Source of the DNA: an uncultured archaeon
Lineage (GTDB): Archaea > Thermoproteota > Nitrososphaeria > Nitrososphaerales > Gagatemarchaeaceae
Direction of reading: 5' to 3'
Length of the DNA stretch: 64,000 bases
Assembly (NCBI GenBank): GCA_963799775.1
Contig: CAWCYD010000003.1
Location: forward strand, 1,664,001-1,728,000
The notes beneath the pieces were generated by a model that saw nothing but the letters and a program-made list of their open reading frames with translations, was not told where the DNA came from and ran no database searches. A program made the position numbers and the translations under genes. Position 1 is the first letter of the stretch. Each line of letters starts with the position of its first letter. Of the stretch, positions 18,812 through 28,697 are shown in pieces.

Positions 18812-20194
18812 CTAGGCTGCCTTCACGGTCTTCAGGAACTTCTTCGCGGTCGAGTCTGCCTTCTCCTGCGTCTCCGACTCGACGAAGACCCTCACGATGG
18901 GCTCGGTGCCGCTGGGACGGATTAGCGCCCAGGTCTTCTCGTCGACCCAGACCTTCACGCCATCTACCTTCTCGACCTTGCCGTCGCCCTGCTTCTCTAT
19001 CGCCCTCATGATCTCCCTCACCTTGCTCGGGTCGACCGGGACCTTCGTCTTGCTCATGTAAAACCGTGGAAAGGCGTTGTTCATGAGCCTCGAGAGCGGC
19101 GCGGCCCTAGTGGCCATCACCTCGAGCATGAGCGCCGTGGTCATCCCGCCGTCGCGCGTCGGGAGGTGGTTGGGAAAGAAGCCGCCCCCGTTCTCCTCGA
19201 AGCCCATGAGCGCCTTCCTCTCGATAATGGTCCTTGAGACGTCGACGCTCCCGACCCTCGTCCGGATGACCTTGCCGGAGCGCCTCTTCGCTACAGCCTC
19301 TATCACCTGCGAGGAGCTGACCGGAGTGACGACCGAGGAGTTGGGGTTCCTCTCGAGAAGGTAATCGGCTATGAGAGACCCGCTCTGGTCGCCCCAGTAG
19401 ATGTTCCCGCCCTCGTCGCAGAAGATCGAACGGTCGCCGTCGCCGTCGTAGGCGACCCCCAGGTCGGCGTTCGAGGCGCGCACGGCTACGACCATGTCTC
19501 GCAGGAGATCAGGGATGGGCTCAGGCCCCCTCCCCGGGAAGTTGCCGTCGACTATCCCGTTGATTGTTATCACCTTGCATCCCATCGTCTCTAGGAGGTA
19601 AGGCGCGGCCAGAGCTTGCGCCCCGTTCCCCGCGTCGATGACGACCTTGAGCCTCCTCTCCGAGATCAGCTTCGAGTTGACTCTGGAGATGATCCCGTTG
19701 ATGTAGGTCCGGATCACCGATGGCTCTGGCCTGGCGGTCCCGACGTCCTTCCAGTTAGCCTTGTTGGCCGACCCGTCGTGGAAGATCTTCTCTATCCTCT
19801 GCTCGTCAAGCCTCGAGACCTCGACGCCGTCTGGCCCCGTCACCTTGACGCCGTTGTATTGGGACGGGTTGTGAGACGCGGTGACCATGACGGAGCCCCG
19901 GTAGCCTAGCGTCTTCGTGGCATACTGGAGGGCAGGGGTAGGGACGATGTCTGCCTCCGCGATGTTCCTGCCCGAGCTCATCAGACCGGCGGTCACGGAG
20001 GAGAGCAGCATCTGCCCGGTGAGCCGTCCGTCTCTTCCCGTGAGGATCTCGCCATCGGCGAAATACGTGCCAATGCTCTCGGCTAGCTTCACGGCGAAGC
20101 CCATGTCGCCGGTTACTCCGGGGATGAACCTCACGCCGTTGGTCCCAAAAAGACGTCCCTGGGGCGCTAGCAATCTGAGTTTTTCCTCCATCAA
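18812..20194 (-). CDS. glmM: Phosphoglucosamine mutase / phosphomannomutase
   Basis: LFGTNGVR, TASHNP, DGDGDR, GFEENGG and RPSGTEP motifs. Confidence 0.85.
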   Translation of the reverse strand: MMEEKLRLLAPQGRLFGTNGVRFIPGVTGDMGFAVKLAESIGTYFADGEILTGRDGRLTGQMLLSSVTAGLMSSGRNIAEADIVPTPALQYATKTLGYRGSVMVTASHNPSQYNGVKVTGPDGVEVSRLDEQRIEKIFHDGSANKANWKDVGTARPEPSVIRTYINGIISRVNSKLISERRLKVVIDAGNGAQALAAPYLLETMGCKVITINGIVDGNFPGRGPEPIPDLLRDMVVAVRASNADLGVAYDGDGDRSIFCDEGGNIYWGDQSGSLIADYLLERNPNSSVVTPVSSSQVIEAVAKRRSGKVIRTRVGSVDVSRTIIERKALMGFEENGGGFFPNHLPTRDGGMTTALMLEVMATRAAPLSRLMNNAFPRFYMSKTKVPVDPSKVREIMRAIEKQGDGKVEKVDGVKVWVDEKTWALIRPSGTEPIVRVFVESETQEKADSTAKKFLKTVKAA

Positions 20195-20366
20195 CTCGAC
20201 TAAAAGACTTGGAAATAAGGAATTGGTCTTATCTCCGAGTATGATGTGAGAAATGCAAGAAACCGGTTAAGAATACTGAATTAGTGTAACTATTGGTCGG
20301 ACGGTTCTGGAAACGAAAATCCAAGGCCATAAACACTTATGTCGAATCCGAAAAGCGCTCTGCTTG

Positions 20367-20460
20367 GGGCCCGTAGCTCAGTACGGACAGAGCACTGGCC
20401 TTCTATCTCACGATGGAAGAGAGCCAGGGGTCGCGAGTTCAAATCTTGCCGGGCCCGCCA
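20367..20460 (+). tRNA. tRNA-Arg(TCT) with a 16-nt intron at 37/38 (20406-20421) and encoded CCA
   Basis: GGGCCCG/CGGGCCC-G-CCA acceptor; CTGGC-CT-TCT-A[intron]A-GCCAG; GTTCAAAT T loop. Confidence 0.92.
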
Positions 20461-20588
20461 AATTCATCTAATTCCTGCCTAACTACGCCTCGCCCCCGAT
20501 GGAGCATTCTACTGCTTGTATCAAACCCGTCAAAGCACCTAGCCCTTGTGGCGGACGCCTTTAATGCTCGAGACGCCCAAACAAGACT

Positions 20589-21542
20589 ATGTTAGTAGGC
20601 TCGCAGGTCAAGGTCTCGGAGACAGATGTCTCCTGCAAAGAATGCCATGAGAAGCTCGTTTTCGCCGACGATGTAGGGGAACAGGTGTGCGGCTCCTGCG
20701 GGGTGGTAGATGAGGGTCTGAACTCGTCGGCTTCAAACTCGCCCGATTACGTAGCAGCGATGACGAACTCCGCGGTGCGCGAGCGACCGACATCAAGGAT
20801 GATGTACGACCTCGATCTGCCTACGTTCATCGGCAGCCAGAATTTCGACGGGAACGGTCGAAGAATCCAGGGAAGCTATGAGCTGACGCAGCTGCGAAAG
20901 TGGAACAAGTACACGGCCTCGGAAGGATCAAACAGGCAAAACGCCGTCAAGGCGATGCGCGAGATAGACCAGATTGTGGGAGCGGTCGGGTTGCCCAACT
21001 CGGTCGCCATAGAGGCCTGCGAGATATATCGAAGAGGGCTCAAGAGCGGGGTCACGCGGAGCAGGTCGATTACGGGCATGGCGGCAGCCGCGGTGCTTGT
21101 CGCCTGCAGCATAGTTGGGGCGAACTGCCCAAAGGAAGAGATCGGCAGGCTGAAGCTGGCGGCGAGCCGCAGTTCCATCAGGCATTACCACAAGCTGCTA
21201 CAGCGAAACATGAACATCAGAGTCACGATGACCGACCCATCCCGTGAGGTGTCTAGAATAGCACAGAATTCGGGAATAACGGGGAAGGTCGAGAGAAGGT
21301 CGCTAGAAATCTTGGCCCAAGTCAAGGACGACCCCACGCTGGCGGGAAAGAGACCGAACTCGGTGGCGGCAGCTGCGCTCAACATCGCCTCGATTCTCAT
21401 GGGCCAACGCACGAACCAGGTGCGCATCGCCTTCGCGGCAGGAATAACCCCGATCACCATCAGAAAGAGGACGAGAGACATCTCAGCGATACTTCGGAAC
21501 GCGGCAATCAAGGCCGAGCCTGCTCAAGCAATCCAAAGCTAA
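20589..21542 (+). CDS. tfb: Divergent transcription initiation factor IIB paralogue
   Basis: CKEC...CGSCG ribbon, QLRKWN linker, two cyclin repeats (GKRPNSVAAAAL, GITPITIRKR). Confidence 0.85.
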   Translation: MLVGSQVKVSETDVSCKECHEKLVFADDVGEQVCGSCGVVDEGLNSSASNSPDYVAAMTNSAVRERPTSRMMYDLDLPTFIGSQNFDGNGRRIQGSYELTQLRKWNKYTASEGSNRQNAVKAMREIDQIVGAVGLPNSVAIEACEIYRRGLKSGVTRSRSITGMAAAAVLVACSIVGANCPKEEIGRLKLAASRSSIRHYHKLLQRNMNIRVTMTDPSREVSRIAQNSGITGKVERRSLEILAQVKDDPTLAGKRPNSVAAAALNIASILMGQRTNQVRIAFAAGITPITIRKRTRDISAILRNAAIKAEPAQAIQS

Positions 21543-21584
21543 TCGCTCCGGTAGAGTTCGATTTGCCACAGAGGCAAAGAACTT

Positions 21585-21885
21585 CACTCGCGTCTAGACA
21601 TCAACAGAGCGCCCCGCCGAATGCTATCGCAACAATCCCGAATACCCCCCAAGGCCATCCAAGCCTGGAGCAAGACGCTGAGGTATTTCACGAAGCTCAT
21701 GAGGAAGAAAAAAGACCCGATGGCCAGGACGATATCCCAGCCACGCCGATGAGAAGCAGTTTCAAGATTCGCGCCATGGTCTTCCTGGTATCGGCCTCCA
21801 TGTCGGCCTTTGTGTCGTCCAGCAGCGCGACCTTGATCTCGTTCAGCACTGTGTCTGTGTCTGCTATCTGGCGCCCGATGCCCGA
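21585..21885 (-). pseudogene. Degraded or frameshifted YqjE-like membrane protein
   Basis: Manual reading gives ...KADMEADTRKTMARILKLLLIGVAG...FVKYLSVLLQAWMALGVFGIVAIAFGGAL, similar to 8590-8961; bounds approximate. Confidence 0.45.
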
Positions 21886-22152
21886 CTAAGCCGTCCTCTT
21901 GCGGCTTAGAAGGACGCCTGCGATTATTCCCACTGCAAGGGTCGTGCCCACAACCAGAGCGGGATGGTCATGGACGATCTTCTTACCATCGTCCAGAGAC
22001 TGGTCCAGCCGTCCGTGGATCTCGTCTATCCTCCTCCCGTATTCCTCTCTCAGGTTCTCTGCGGCGTCGCGTACCTCGTCGGCTCTCTTCTCGTACTCTT
22101 TCTTCAATACCTTTCCGACACCGCCAGATTCAGTTAGTTCTCTCTTTGCCAT
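21886..22152 (-). CDS. ElaB/YqjD (DUF883)-like protein
   Basis: VHDHPALVVGTTLAVGIIAGVLLSRK C-terminus. Confidence 0.78.
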   Translation of the reverse strand: MAKRELTESGGVGKVLKKEYEKRADEVRDAAENLREEYGRRIDEIHGRLDQSLDDGKKIVHDHPALVVGTTLAVGIIAGVLLSRKRTA

Positions 22153-22393
22153 GATTTGTCGACATTGATGACAGGTCGGACACCAACATGGGTTGTGGTC
22201 GATGCAGCCAGATTAGTCATCTGTCGTCTGCTAATTGCAACGGGCACCGCACCAGTGTTATCCTCCAGTGTTATCCTCCAGTGCATCGCGACAGCGATTG
22301 TCTCTTCACAAGAAAGAATAGCATTCTGGCGGGGCTTCCCCTTCGGCAATACTCTAGAGAATTGCTCCACTACGAGTATGACCTTGGACATAC

Positions 22394-23011
22394 ATGAAGC
22401 ATGTGGACATCCTAGCTATCGGGGCGCATCCAGACGACGTGGAACTTGGTTGCGGCGGGCTCCTTCTCAAAGCGGTTCGAAACGGTCATCAGGTCTTCAT
22501 CTGCACTCTCACCAGGGGGGCGGCGTCGGGCGACCCTGCACATCGAACCAAGGAGCTGTTTGAGTCGGCGAAGTACATCGGAGCCAAGGAAGTCCGCATC
22601 GGGGATTTTGAGGACACGAAGCTCACGGCTTCGAGCGAGCTGATAAACTACATCGAGAGCTATGTCAACAAGATCAATCCCGACCTGATATTCACCCACT
22701 TTCATGGCGACGTCCACCACGACCACAGGGCGGTCTCGGCGGCGACCCTCGAAGCCGCCAGGTTCAACTCGAACATCTTGGCCTACGAGATCCCACTCAC
22801 GAGGGACTTCGAGCCGAAGGTCTACTATGACATCTCTGACGTGATTGATGAGAAGGTGGAGCTGATCAGGATATTCTGGTCGCAGCGGAGCAAGCTCTAC
22901 ACAAAGGCCAACGCGATAAAGGGGTTGGCCGAATACCGGGCGCTCCAGAGCAGGCTGAACACGAAAATCGACTTTGTCGAGGGCTTCGACGTCCTGAAAG
23001 CTTTGTCTTGA
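22394..23011 (+). CDS. PIG-L/BshB-family deacetylase
   Basis: GAHPDDVELGCGG, HHDH and YDIS..KV motifs. Confidence 0.9.
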   Translation: MKHVDILAIGAHPDDVELGCGGLLLKAVRNGHQVFICTLTRGAASGDPAHRTKELFESAKYIGAKEVRIGDFEDTKLTASSELINYIESYVNKINPDLIFTHFHGDVHHDHRAVSAATLEAARFNSNILAYEIPLTRDFEPKVYYDISDVIDEKVELIRIFWSQRSKLYTKANAIKGLAEYRALQSRLNTKIDFVEGFDVLKALS

Positions 23012-23125
23012 CAAGGAATTCAAGATACAGAAGGTGCCTTACCACAATGCGGCTGTGGCAGAACTCGCCCAGAGTCCGGAACCAATCAAGGACGATGGCT
23101 GGATCTCTCCTAGGGTGTCCGGGCC

Positions 23126-23449
23126 ATGAGCGAAACTCTGTCCTCAGAGATGGAGACAGTCCTCCGCTGGGGAAACAGAGGGTCGCTCGACATCGTAAAC
23201 TTCATCCTGCTTGTTTGCATAAACGGCACGATCATCACGCATATCATGTACAAGTGCAATCTGAACTCGAAACAGACCCATCTGTACGTGGCACTCCTCC
23301 TGAAGCACAAGCTCCTGGAGAAGAAGAGCCCAGAGGGCTTGGGCAAGTCCGTCTACAAAGCGACAGAGAGGGCTAGGAAGTACGTCGAGGCGTATGCTGA
23401 GCTCTCGCAAATATTCAAACTTCCAACCGAAGAAAAGATCATCGTGTGA
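23126..23449 (+). CDS. Winged-helix regulator (archaeal HTH_45 type)
   Basis: RGSLDIVNFIL...THIMYKCNLN...YKATERARKY. Confidence 0.85.
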   Translation: MSETLSSEMETVLRWGNRGSLDIVNFILLVCINGTIITHIMYKCNLNSKQTHLYVALLLKHKLLEKKSPEGLGKSVYKATERARKYVEAYAELSQIFKLPTEEKIIV

Positions 23450-23683
23450 GCGCAAGGGCCTATTCCGTCTTGTTTCAGCCTGGGGAATGGCCTTGCATCG
23501 GCGCGATTATCTCAGCCAGGGCATGAAGAATCCGGAGAATAATCGTGCGGACCCCATATTGCCTCAGTTTGGACACGAAAATAGGTCGCCCGCTCATCTT
23601 CTGGCATCGATTTGCCCAACCTTCCCCTTTTCCCCTTTGTTTTGACGGCTTGGCTTTAGTATAGCCGGACTCATAGGACTACT

Positions 23684-23872
23684 ATGAAGAAAACAACAGA
23701 AACGATACACCAGAGCCAGGGAGTCGGCCCTCTCGCCGACTTCATTCGAGAGAACTCGCTAGTGAGAGAGATAGAGAACAGACTCGTCATTACGACGAAG
23801 GGCGAGGAGTTCCTGCATGCACTGCAGGAGTCTTCCAGACAGGCCATTTGGGCCTCGCCAGGGGGCTTCTGA
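23684..23872 (+). pseudogene. Winged-helix fragment
   Basis: C-terminal wing LVITTKGEEFL only; N-terminus missing or shifted. Confidence 0.45.
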
Positions 23873-23873
23873 G

Positions 23874-24146
23874 ATGAAATACCGAAGCAGGTTCGCGATC
23901 GCGTCAAACATCCTGCAGGTGGCGCGGGCCGGGAACGCTACAAAGACGAGGCTGATGTACGGCTCATTCTTGTCTTTCGCGCAGATAAACGACTATCTGG
24001 AGTTCCTGTTGGCCAACACGCTCATCATGAGAGACGAGACGAGTCACATATACTCGCTCACCGAGAAAGGCGTGCGCTTCCTGCGGATCTACGACGAGAT
24101 AACTCAGCTGATCCCGCTCGACGAAGCCATTCCTTTGCCTGCCTGA
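23874..24146 (+). CDS. Winged-helix regulator (HTH_45 type)
   Basis: MKYRSRFAIASNIL...ATKTRLMYGSFLSFAQINDYL...YSLTEKGVRFL. Confidence 0.88.
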   Translation: MKYRSRFAIASNILQVARAGNATKTRLMYGSFLSFAQINDYLEFLLANTLIMRDETSHIYSLTEKGVRFLRIYDEITQLIPLDEAIPLPA

Positions 24147-24192
24147 GAACGAGCACATTCCGCCTATAGGGAACCCGCCCCTTTTGAAAGGG

Positions 24193-24402
24193 TCAGGGCC
24201 CTAGCTCTGCGGGGTGCGCCGAGTGCTCGCTCGTGCGCACCTGCTCAAACTCCTTGATCTTCCGGAGCATGTCTCCTACGTCCTTGGCACACGCTGAATG
24301 AAAATGGAACTCCAGGACGTCTTGCCCGTCCTGCTGGATGGGCTTGCCGCAAAGGGAGCATTGAGAGGCCTCCCATATCTCAAGAGAGCGCTGCAAGTCC
24401 AT
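24193..24402 (-). CDS. Small Zn-finger protein (CxxC...HxxC)
   Basis: CSLCGKPI...FHFHSACA. Confidence 0.65.
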   Translation of the reverse strand: MDLQRSLEIWEASQCSLCGKPIQQDGQDVLEFHFHSACAKDVGDMLRKIKEFEQVRTSEHSAHPAELGP

Positions 24403-24548
24403 AGGGCGCCTCGTTCTGATGTTGCTTAAGGGCGTTGTGAATCCTGACGCCCTAACATCGAAGTCAGCCTCCAGAGACTGGCCGTGACGGTCATCGTGGT
24501 AGCCTGTAGCTTAATCCAATCTCACGCGTCTGTCAAGCCGATTTGCTT

Positions 24549-25538
24549 GGGTCTCGTCTAAGGGCTTCTCTCGCTACACTCGTCATGATACCGCTGGGAA
24601 TGCGATCTTGGCACGACTACGACGAGGCCCTCATCGAGAGGGGATGCGCGATACTGGACCTGGGCTCCCTGGTCTCGTGGAAGGAGGAGCTGGACGCGAT
24701 GAACAGCTCGAAGCTGGGTAGGCCGTTCGAGTTCCCAAACTCGTATATCTCCTTCCTGGCGTTCGTCAAGGTCGGGTTTGACATACCGTACAGGACGCTC
24801 GAAGGCATCACGAGGGAGCTCGAGGAGTACGTCAGGTTCGTCGAGGAGATGCACTACACCCACATGCGCAGGAGGATACTCTCTTCCATGAAGGGGAAGA
24901 AGCCGTCAGAGATCGTAGGGAGGGACGCGGACGGCGACGAGCCGATGACGGTGATAGCCGACTCCACAGGCCTCTCGGTCTCGAACAAGGGCTCCTACAT
25001 CGAGGACAAGTGGAAGAAGGAGAAGAGGAAGTACGTGAAGCTGCACATACTCGCGGACAAGAAGACGGGGAAGATCAAGGGGTTCCGCATCACCAGCGAG
25101 AAGACCGGAGACAACGCGAAGTTCGTCCCGATGGTCAAGGAGGTGGCGAAGAAGAGGAAGGTCGCGAAGGCGTACGCGGACGCGGCGTACGACGCGAGGA
25201 AGAACTTCAACCTCCTGAGCGAGATAGGCGCGGAGCCCGCCATCAAGCTCCGGAAGAACGCGAGCCTCAAGCTGATGGGGTCGAGAGCGAGGCGGGACGA
25301 GGCCCTGGCCCTCGACGCCCTCGGGTACGAGGGGTGGAAGGCAGTAAAGGACTATGGTCAGAGGTGGCTCGTGGAGATAACGTTCTCGGCGTTCAAGCGA
25401 GTGCTGGGAGACACGTTGAGGGCGAGGAGGTTCCTCAGCCAGAAGGCGGAAGCGTCCCTCAAGGTCATGCTGTACAACAGGTTCCTCTCGATACGTCCGT
25501 AGATGGTGACAAAGAAGCAGTGAAGAAAGTAGAGACCC
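24549..25538 (+). mobile_element. IS5-family insertion sequence
   Basis: GGGTCTC (24549-24555) and GAGACCC (25532-25538) inverted termini around a DDE transposase; no clear target-site duplication. Confidence 0.7.
24585..25502 (+). CDS. IS5-family DDE transposase
   Basis: GRPFEFP, ADSTG, YVKLH, ADAAYD and YGQRWLVEITFSAFK motifs. Confidence 0.92.
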   Translation: MIPLGMRSWHDYDEALIERGCAILDLGSLVSWKEELDAMNSSKLGRPFEFPNSYISFLAFVKVGFDIPYRTLEGITRELEEYVRFVEEMHYTHMRRRILSSMKGKKPSEIVGRDADGDEPMTVIADSTGLSVSNKGSYIEDKWKKEKRKYVKLHILADKKTGKIKGFRITSEKTGDNAKFVPMVKEVAKKRKVAKAYADAAYDARKNFNLLSEIGAEPAIKLRKNASLKLMGSRARRDEALALDALGYEGWKAVKDYGQRWLVEITFSAFKRVLGDTLRARRFLSQKAEASLKVMLYNRFLSIRP

Positions 25539-25666
25539 TCACAAGGAAGAATTAAGCTACAGGCTATCATCGTGGCAAACACTTATTGCCTAGCGGGACA
25601 ACATTGGAACGAAGTGTGTTAGAAATGCAAGGAATCTTAACGATTCCCAGGGGAAGGTGAGGTAGA

Positions 25667-26152
25667 GTGTCACGGGTGCAACCGTTGCATACTTTCTCAT
25701 CGGTAGACAGGAAGATACTCAAGCTGTTGCTTGACCCCCAAGGCAACATCTCCAGCCGTGCCTTGGAAGAGAAGCTTGGGATTCCGCGCAGCACCATCCA
25801 GCGGAGGCGCCGACATCTGGAGAAGACCTACCTCACTCTCACCTACTCGCTCAACCTGCGGAACCTAGGATACAGGCGTGTCGACCTGTTGATCTACACT
25901 GGGGGAGGAGCGACAATGCCGATCGCTCACGAGCTGTTGAAGCGCGATGAGGTGGTCTCCGTCGGCAGGTCGATAGGGGAGCACACGATAGACCTCAGGG
26001 CGGAGGTCATCATCAAGGACAACTCGGAGCTCCTGGGACTGCTCGAACTCGTGAAGGCCATGCCTAACGTGAGAGACGTCATCTGGAGCGAGATCGTCGA
26101 CATCGTCGGCTCCAAGAAGTCGATACCTGCAGGCATCATCGAACAGATGTAG
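25667..26152 (+). CDS. Lrp/AsnC-family regulator
   Basis: DRKILKLL...LGIPRSTIQRRR HTH plus RAM domain. Confidence 0.85.
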   Translation: MSRVQPLHTFSSVDRKILKLLLDPQGNISSRALEEKLGIPRSTIQRRRRHLEKTYLTLTYSLNLRNLGYRRVDLLIYTGGGATMPIAHELLKRDEVVSVGRSIGEHTIDLRAEVIIKDNSELLGLLELVKAMPNVRDVIWSEIVDIVGSKKSIPAGIIEQM

Positions 26153-26425
26153 AATCCCAGCAAGGTAATCGGGGTTTCGTTCAGAGTGGGTTGACCCAGT
26201 TGACCCCCCTCCTTCGTCTGACGACTTTATAGGGCAGCTTTCCTTTGTCAGCTGCTCCGCATGGTCGGGGCAAACGGTCAATCGTCTTTCCTCTCCAGAC
26301 AATGTGGAAACCACGACGTATTCGTGGTCGGCTTTGACATACGGCCTCCCTTCGACTTCGCACAGGGTGCAAATGACCTCTACCCGGCCGCTTGAAGAAC
26401 CTCGCTTCCGTCGAGCGTCTTCCAT
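26150..26425 (-). CDS. Possible small Zn-finger protein (CxxC...CxxH); 3' end uncertain
   Basis: MEDARR...VICTLCEVEG...LTVCPDHAEQL inside ORF 25865-26605. Confidence 0.4.
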
Positions 26426-26647
26426 TTCAGCCCCCTGGTGCGGGCGATGAGGAGGGGTCAGTTCCTTAAATGGGTTGCCCCGCCAGAATCTGTATTCCCA
26501 GTCCCCAACAGGCCATCGAGCGACGATACCCCCCAGGCGTGTCCACCCGCACCAGCGAAGCGCGGCGGGCCAGACATCGGTAACGGGTGCAGTCCAGCAG
26601 AACAATGCAGTGTTGTGGACATAACCCTGCTAGTGAAGTAGACGTGC

Positions 26648-27124
26648 ATGTCAGCGCAACAGCTCTTCTCGGGCGTCGACAAGATGATACTCAAGGCGCT
26701 GCTTGAGCCCGAGGGTAACGTCTCCTCGATTGTCTTGGCGCAGAAGCTCGGAATCCCCCGCAGCACGGTCCAGCGGAGGCGCGACCGCTTGGAGAAGAGC
26801 TGCCTTGGCCTCTCGTATTCTCTCAAGCTGAAGGGCCTGTCCTATAGGCGCGTAGACCTGCTTATCTATACTACCGGTGGGGCGACACTCGACATTGCGA
26901 AGGACCTGCTGAAGCTAGACGAGGTCGTTTACGTCGGCAGGTCGATAGGGGAGCACACGATCGACCTCAGGGCGGAGGTAATCATCAAGGACAACTCGGA
27001 GCCCCTGGGACTGCTCGAACTGGTCCTAGCCATGGAAAACGTCAAGGACGTGGTCTGGAGCGAGATAGTCGACGTGATAGGGCAGAAGAGATCTATCCCG
27101 TCAGCAATCATCGACCGCCTCTGA
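26648..27124 (+). CDS. Lrp/AsnC-family regulator, paralogue of 25667-26152
   Basis: Shares VGRSIGEHTIDLRAEVIIKDNSE and LGIPRST motifs. Confidence 0.85.
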   Translation: MSAQQLFSGVDKMILKALLEPEGNVSSIVLAQKLGIPRSTVQRRRDRLEKSCLGLSYSLKLKGLSYRRVDLLIYTTGGATLDIAKDLLKLDEVVYVGRSIGEHTIDLRAEVIIKDNSEPLGLLELVLAMENVKDVVWSEIVDVIGQKRSIPSAIIDRL

Positions 27125-27205
27125 AGTCGGCTCGGGTCTTGGCCGCGGGGAAAACCATCCGCTGCGTCGCGCCGTGTGGGCGGTCCCGTCAGTCTCGGGA
27201 TAGGC

Positions 27206-27409
27206 CTACGCTACCAACTCGGAAGATTGCTCTCGGGGATGGTGCTTCTTCCACTCATTGAAAGACCTGACCTTCCCCAAGACATTGGCGACGTTCTCGG
27301 CACACATTAGGTGGAGCTGAAACCCCATCATGTCTATCTTGTTCTCGCGGATAATCGTGTTGCAAAAGGAGCAGTTGCAGGCACCGCCATTTGAGTAGGA
27401 ATATCTCAT
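27206..27409 (-). CDS. Small Zn-finger protein (CxxC...HxxC)
   Basis: CSFCNTII...FQLHLMCAENV; paralogue of 24193-24402. Confidence 0.62.
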   Translation of the reverse strand: MRYSYSNGGACNCSFCNTIIRENKIDMMGFQLHLMCAENVANVLGKVRSFNEWKKHHPREQSSELVA

Positions 27410-27640
27410 ATCGACTCAATCGATAGGACTTGTTCGATGCCTATTGGGCTTGCGCATCATAGAACTCTAACAAGTGTTCCGAACATCTAGCACGAGCCCT
27501 CGAGTGGACGAACCTCCTATCGTGAAAGGCAAGCAGACAACAATTTCACGAAGCAGGGACCCGGACGCGGGCCAAGAAAGGGCCTCGGTCGCCCCGACGA
27601 AAAGGGTCGGGGGCGGCCCAGAGCTTCGGATGGAGAGGTT

Positions 27641-28447
27641 TTACCACTTGGCGTCGAAGCTGTACGCGTGGTCGTTTGAGCTGAGAGCCAGCGTCCCCGC
27701 CTGCGCCATGCCAGTCTCGTTTCCGGGAATCGTGTTCCAGGACACGCTCACCTGGTATGACTCGCGGTTAGGCAGTTGGATCGAGTATTGGCCGTTGGTC
27801 GTTACCGCCAAGAACACTTGGCCTGTTGTGGCGTTCGTGAACTGGATGCTCGATGGATAGATGTCGGGCTTGCTCAGGGGAGAGAACCTGCCCGAGACCG
27901 TCACGGTCGGATAGGCTTCCTTAACCGGCATTGTTGCGAGCGAACCGAACTTGTCCAGCAATATGGACCTCACTCCGTCCTTCACCTCAACGATGGACTC
28001 GTTGTCCACGTTCATGGCCTCCGGAATACGGAAGTTGAGGAGCCCGTCGCGCGGTAACGGGAGCTCCGTCCTTGCCACTCCAGACGGGTCCAGCGCGCTC
28101 AGCTGCTTTCCTTCGTAGGTGACGTTGCAGTTCCCTAGGTACCTGTTGCCCCTGACTACGATCGCCCAATTGCTGGGGAAGGGCGTGGTGACACGCTCCT
28201 TCATCGTCTGGAGGTAGACCTCTTGCTGCAGCTTGTCCACGACTATGATCATGACCTGGTCGCCGACATCGACGTCAGCGTCCTCTCGCACCGGAGCTAC
28301 CACGAACTTGCCCGCTCCCGTGAGCCTCTCAATCTTCCCCTCGACGACGAGGACTCCCCGCCTCGACTCGGTCACCATCATCCTCTCATCTCCCGATTTA
28401 TCCACTTCAGTAACGATAGACATGCTCGAGAGACCGTTCCACCGCAT
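27641..28447 (-). CDS. Hypothetical protein with C-terminal beta-sandwich
   Basis: 268-aa ORF with host-like codon usage; TVTVSG...NGQYSIQLPNRESYQVSV. Confidence 0.55.
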   Translation of the reverse strand: MRWNGLSSMSIVTEVDKSGDERMMVTESRRGVLVVEGKIERLTGAGKFVVAPVREDADVDVGDQVMIIVVDKLQQEVYLQTMKERVTTPFPSNWAIVVRGNRYLGNCNVTYEGKQLSALDPSGVARTELPLPRDGLLNFRIPEAMNVDNESIVEVKDGVRSILLDKFGSLATMPVKEAYPTVTVSGRFSPLSKPDIYPSSIQFTNATTGQVFLAVTTNGQYSIQLPNRESYQVSVSWNTIPGNETGMAQAGTLALSSNDHAYSFDAKW

Positions 28448-28697
28448 AAGTCGCTGACTCGACCTTACAGCAGTGCATCTCGCAAGTCACACCATGACAT
28501 AGGAATCCTCCATTGGGATTCGAGCCCTCAGGTTCCTAGCGCGAAGCCAAGAGCTACGGAGGAGGCAGGAACCGTTGACCTTTCTATGAAACAGAGTCCA
28601 GAGGACGTCAGACCACATCAGTCCTCCTGACGATGCCCCATAGGCCCTTCTCCTATACTCATATGATTTCCCACTCGGTCACCATTCCGATTACAAT

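Noticed and set aside
27590-27613. Hairpin GCCCCGAC-GAAAAGG-GTCGGGGGC as an ncRNA
   Set aside because: It is an isolated stem just downstream of the 27641-28447 gene, most simply a terminator or stability hairpin.
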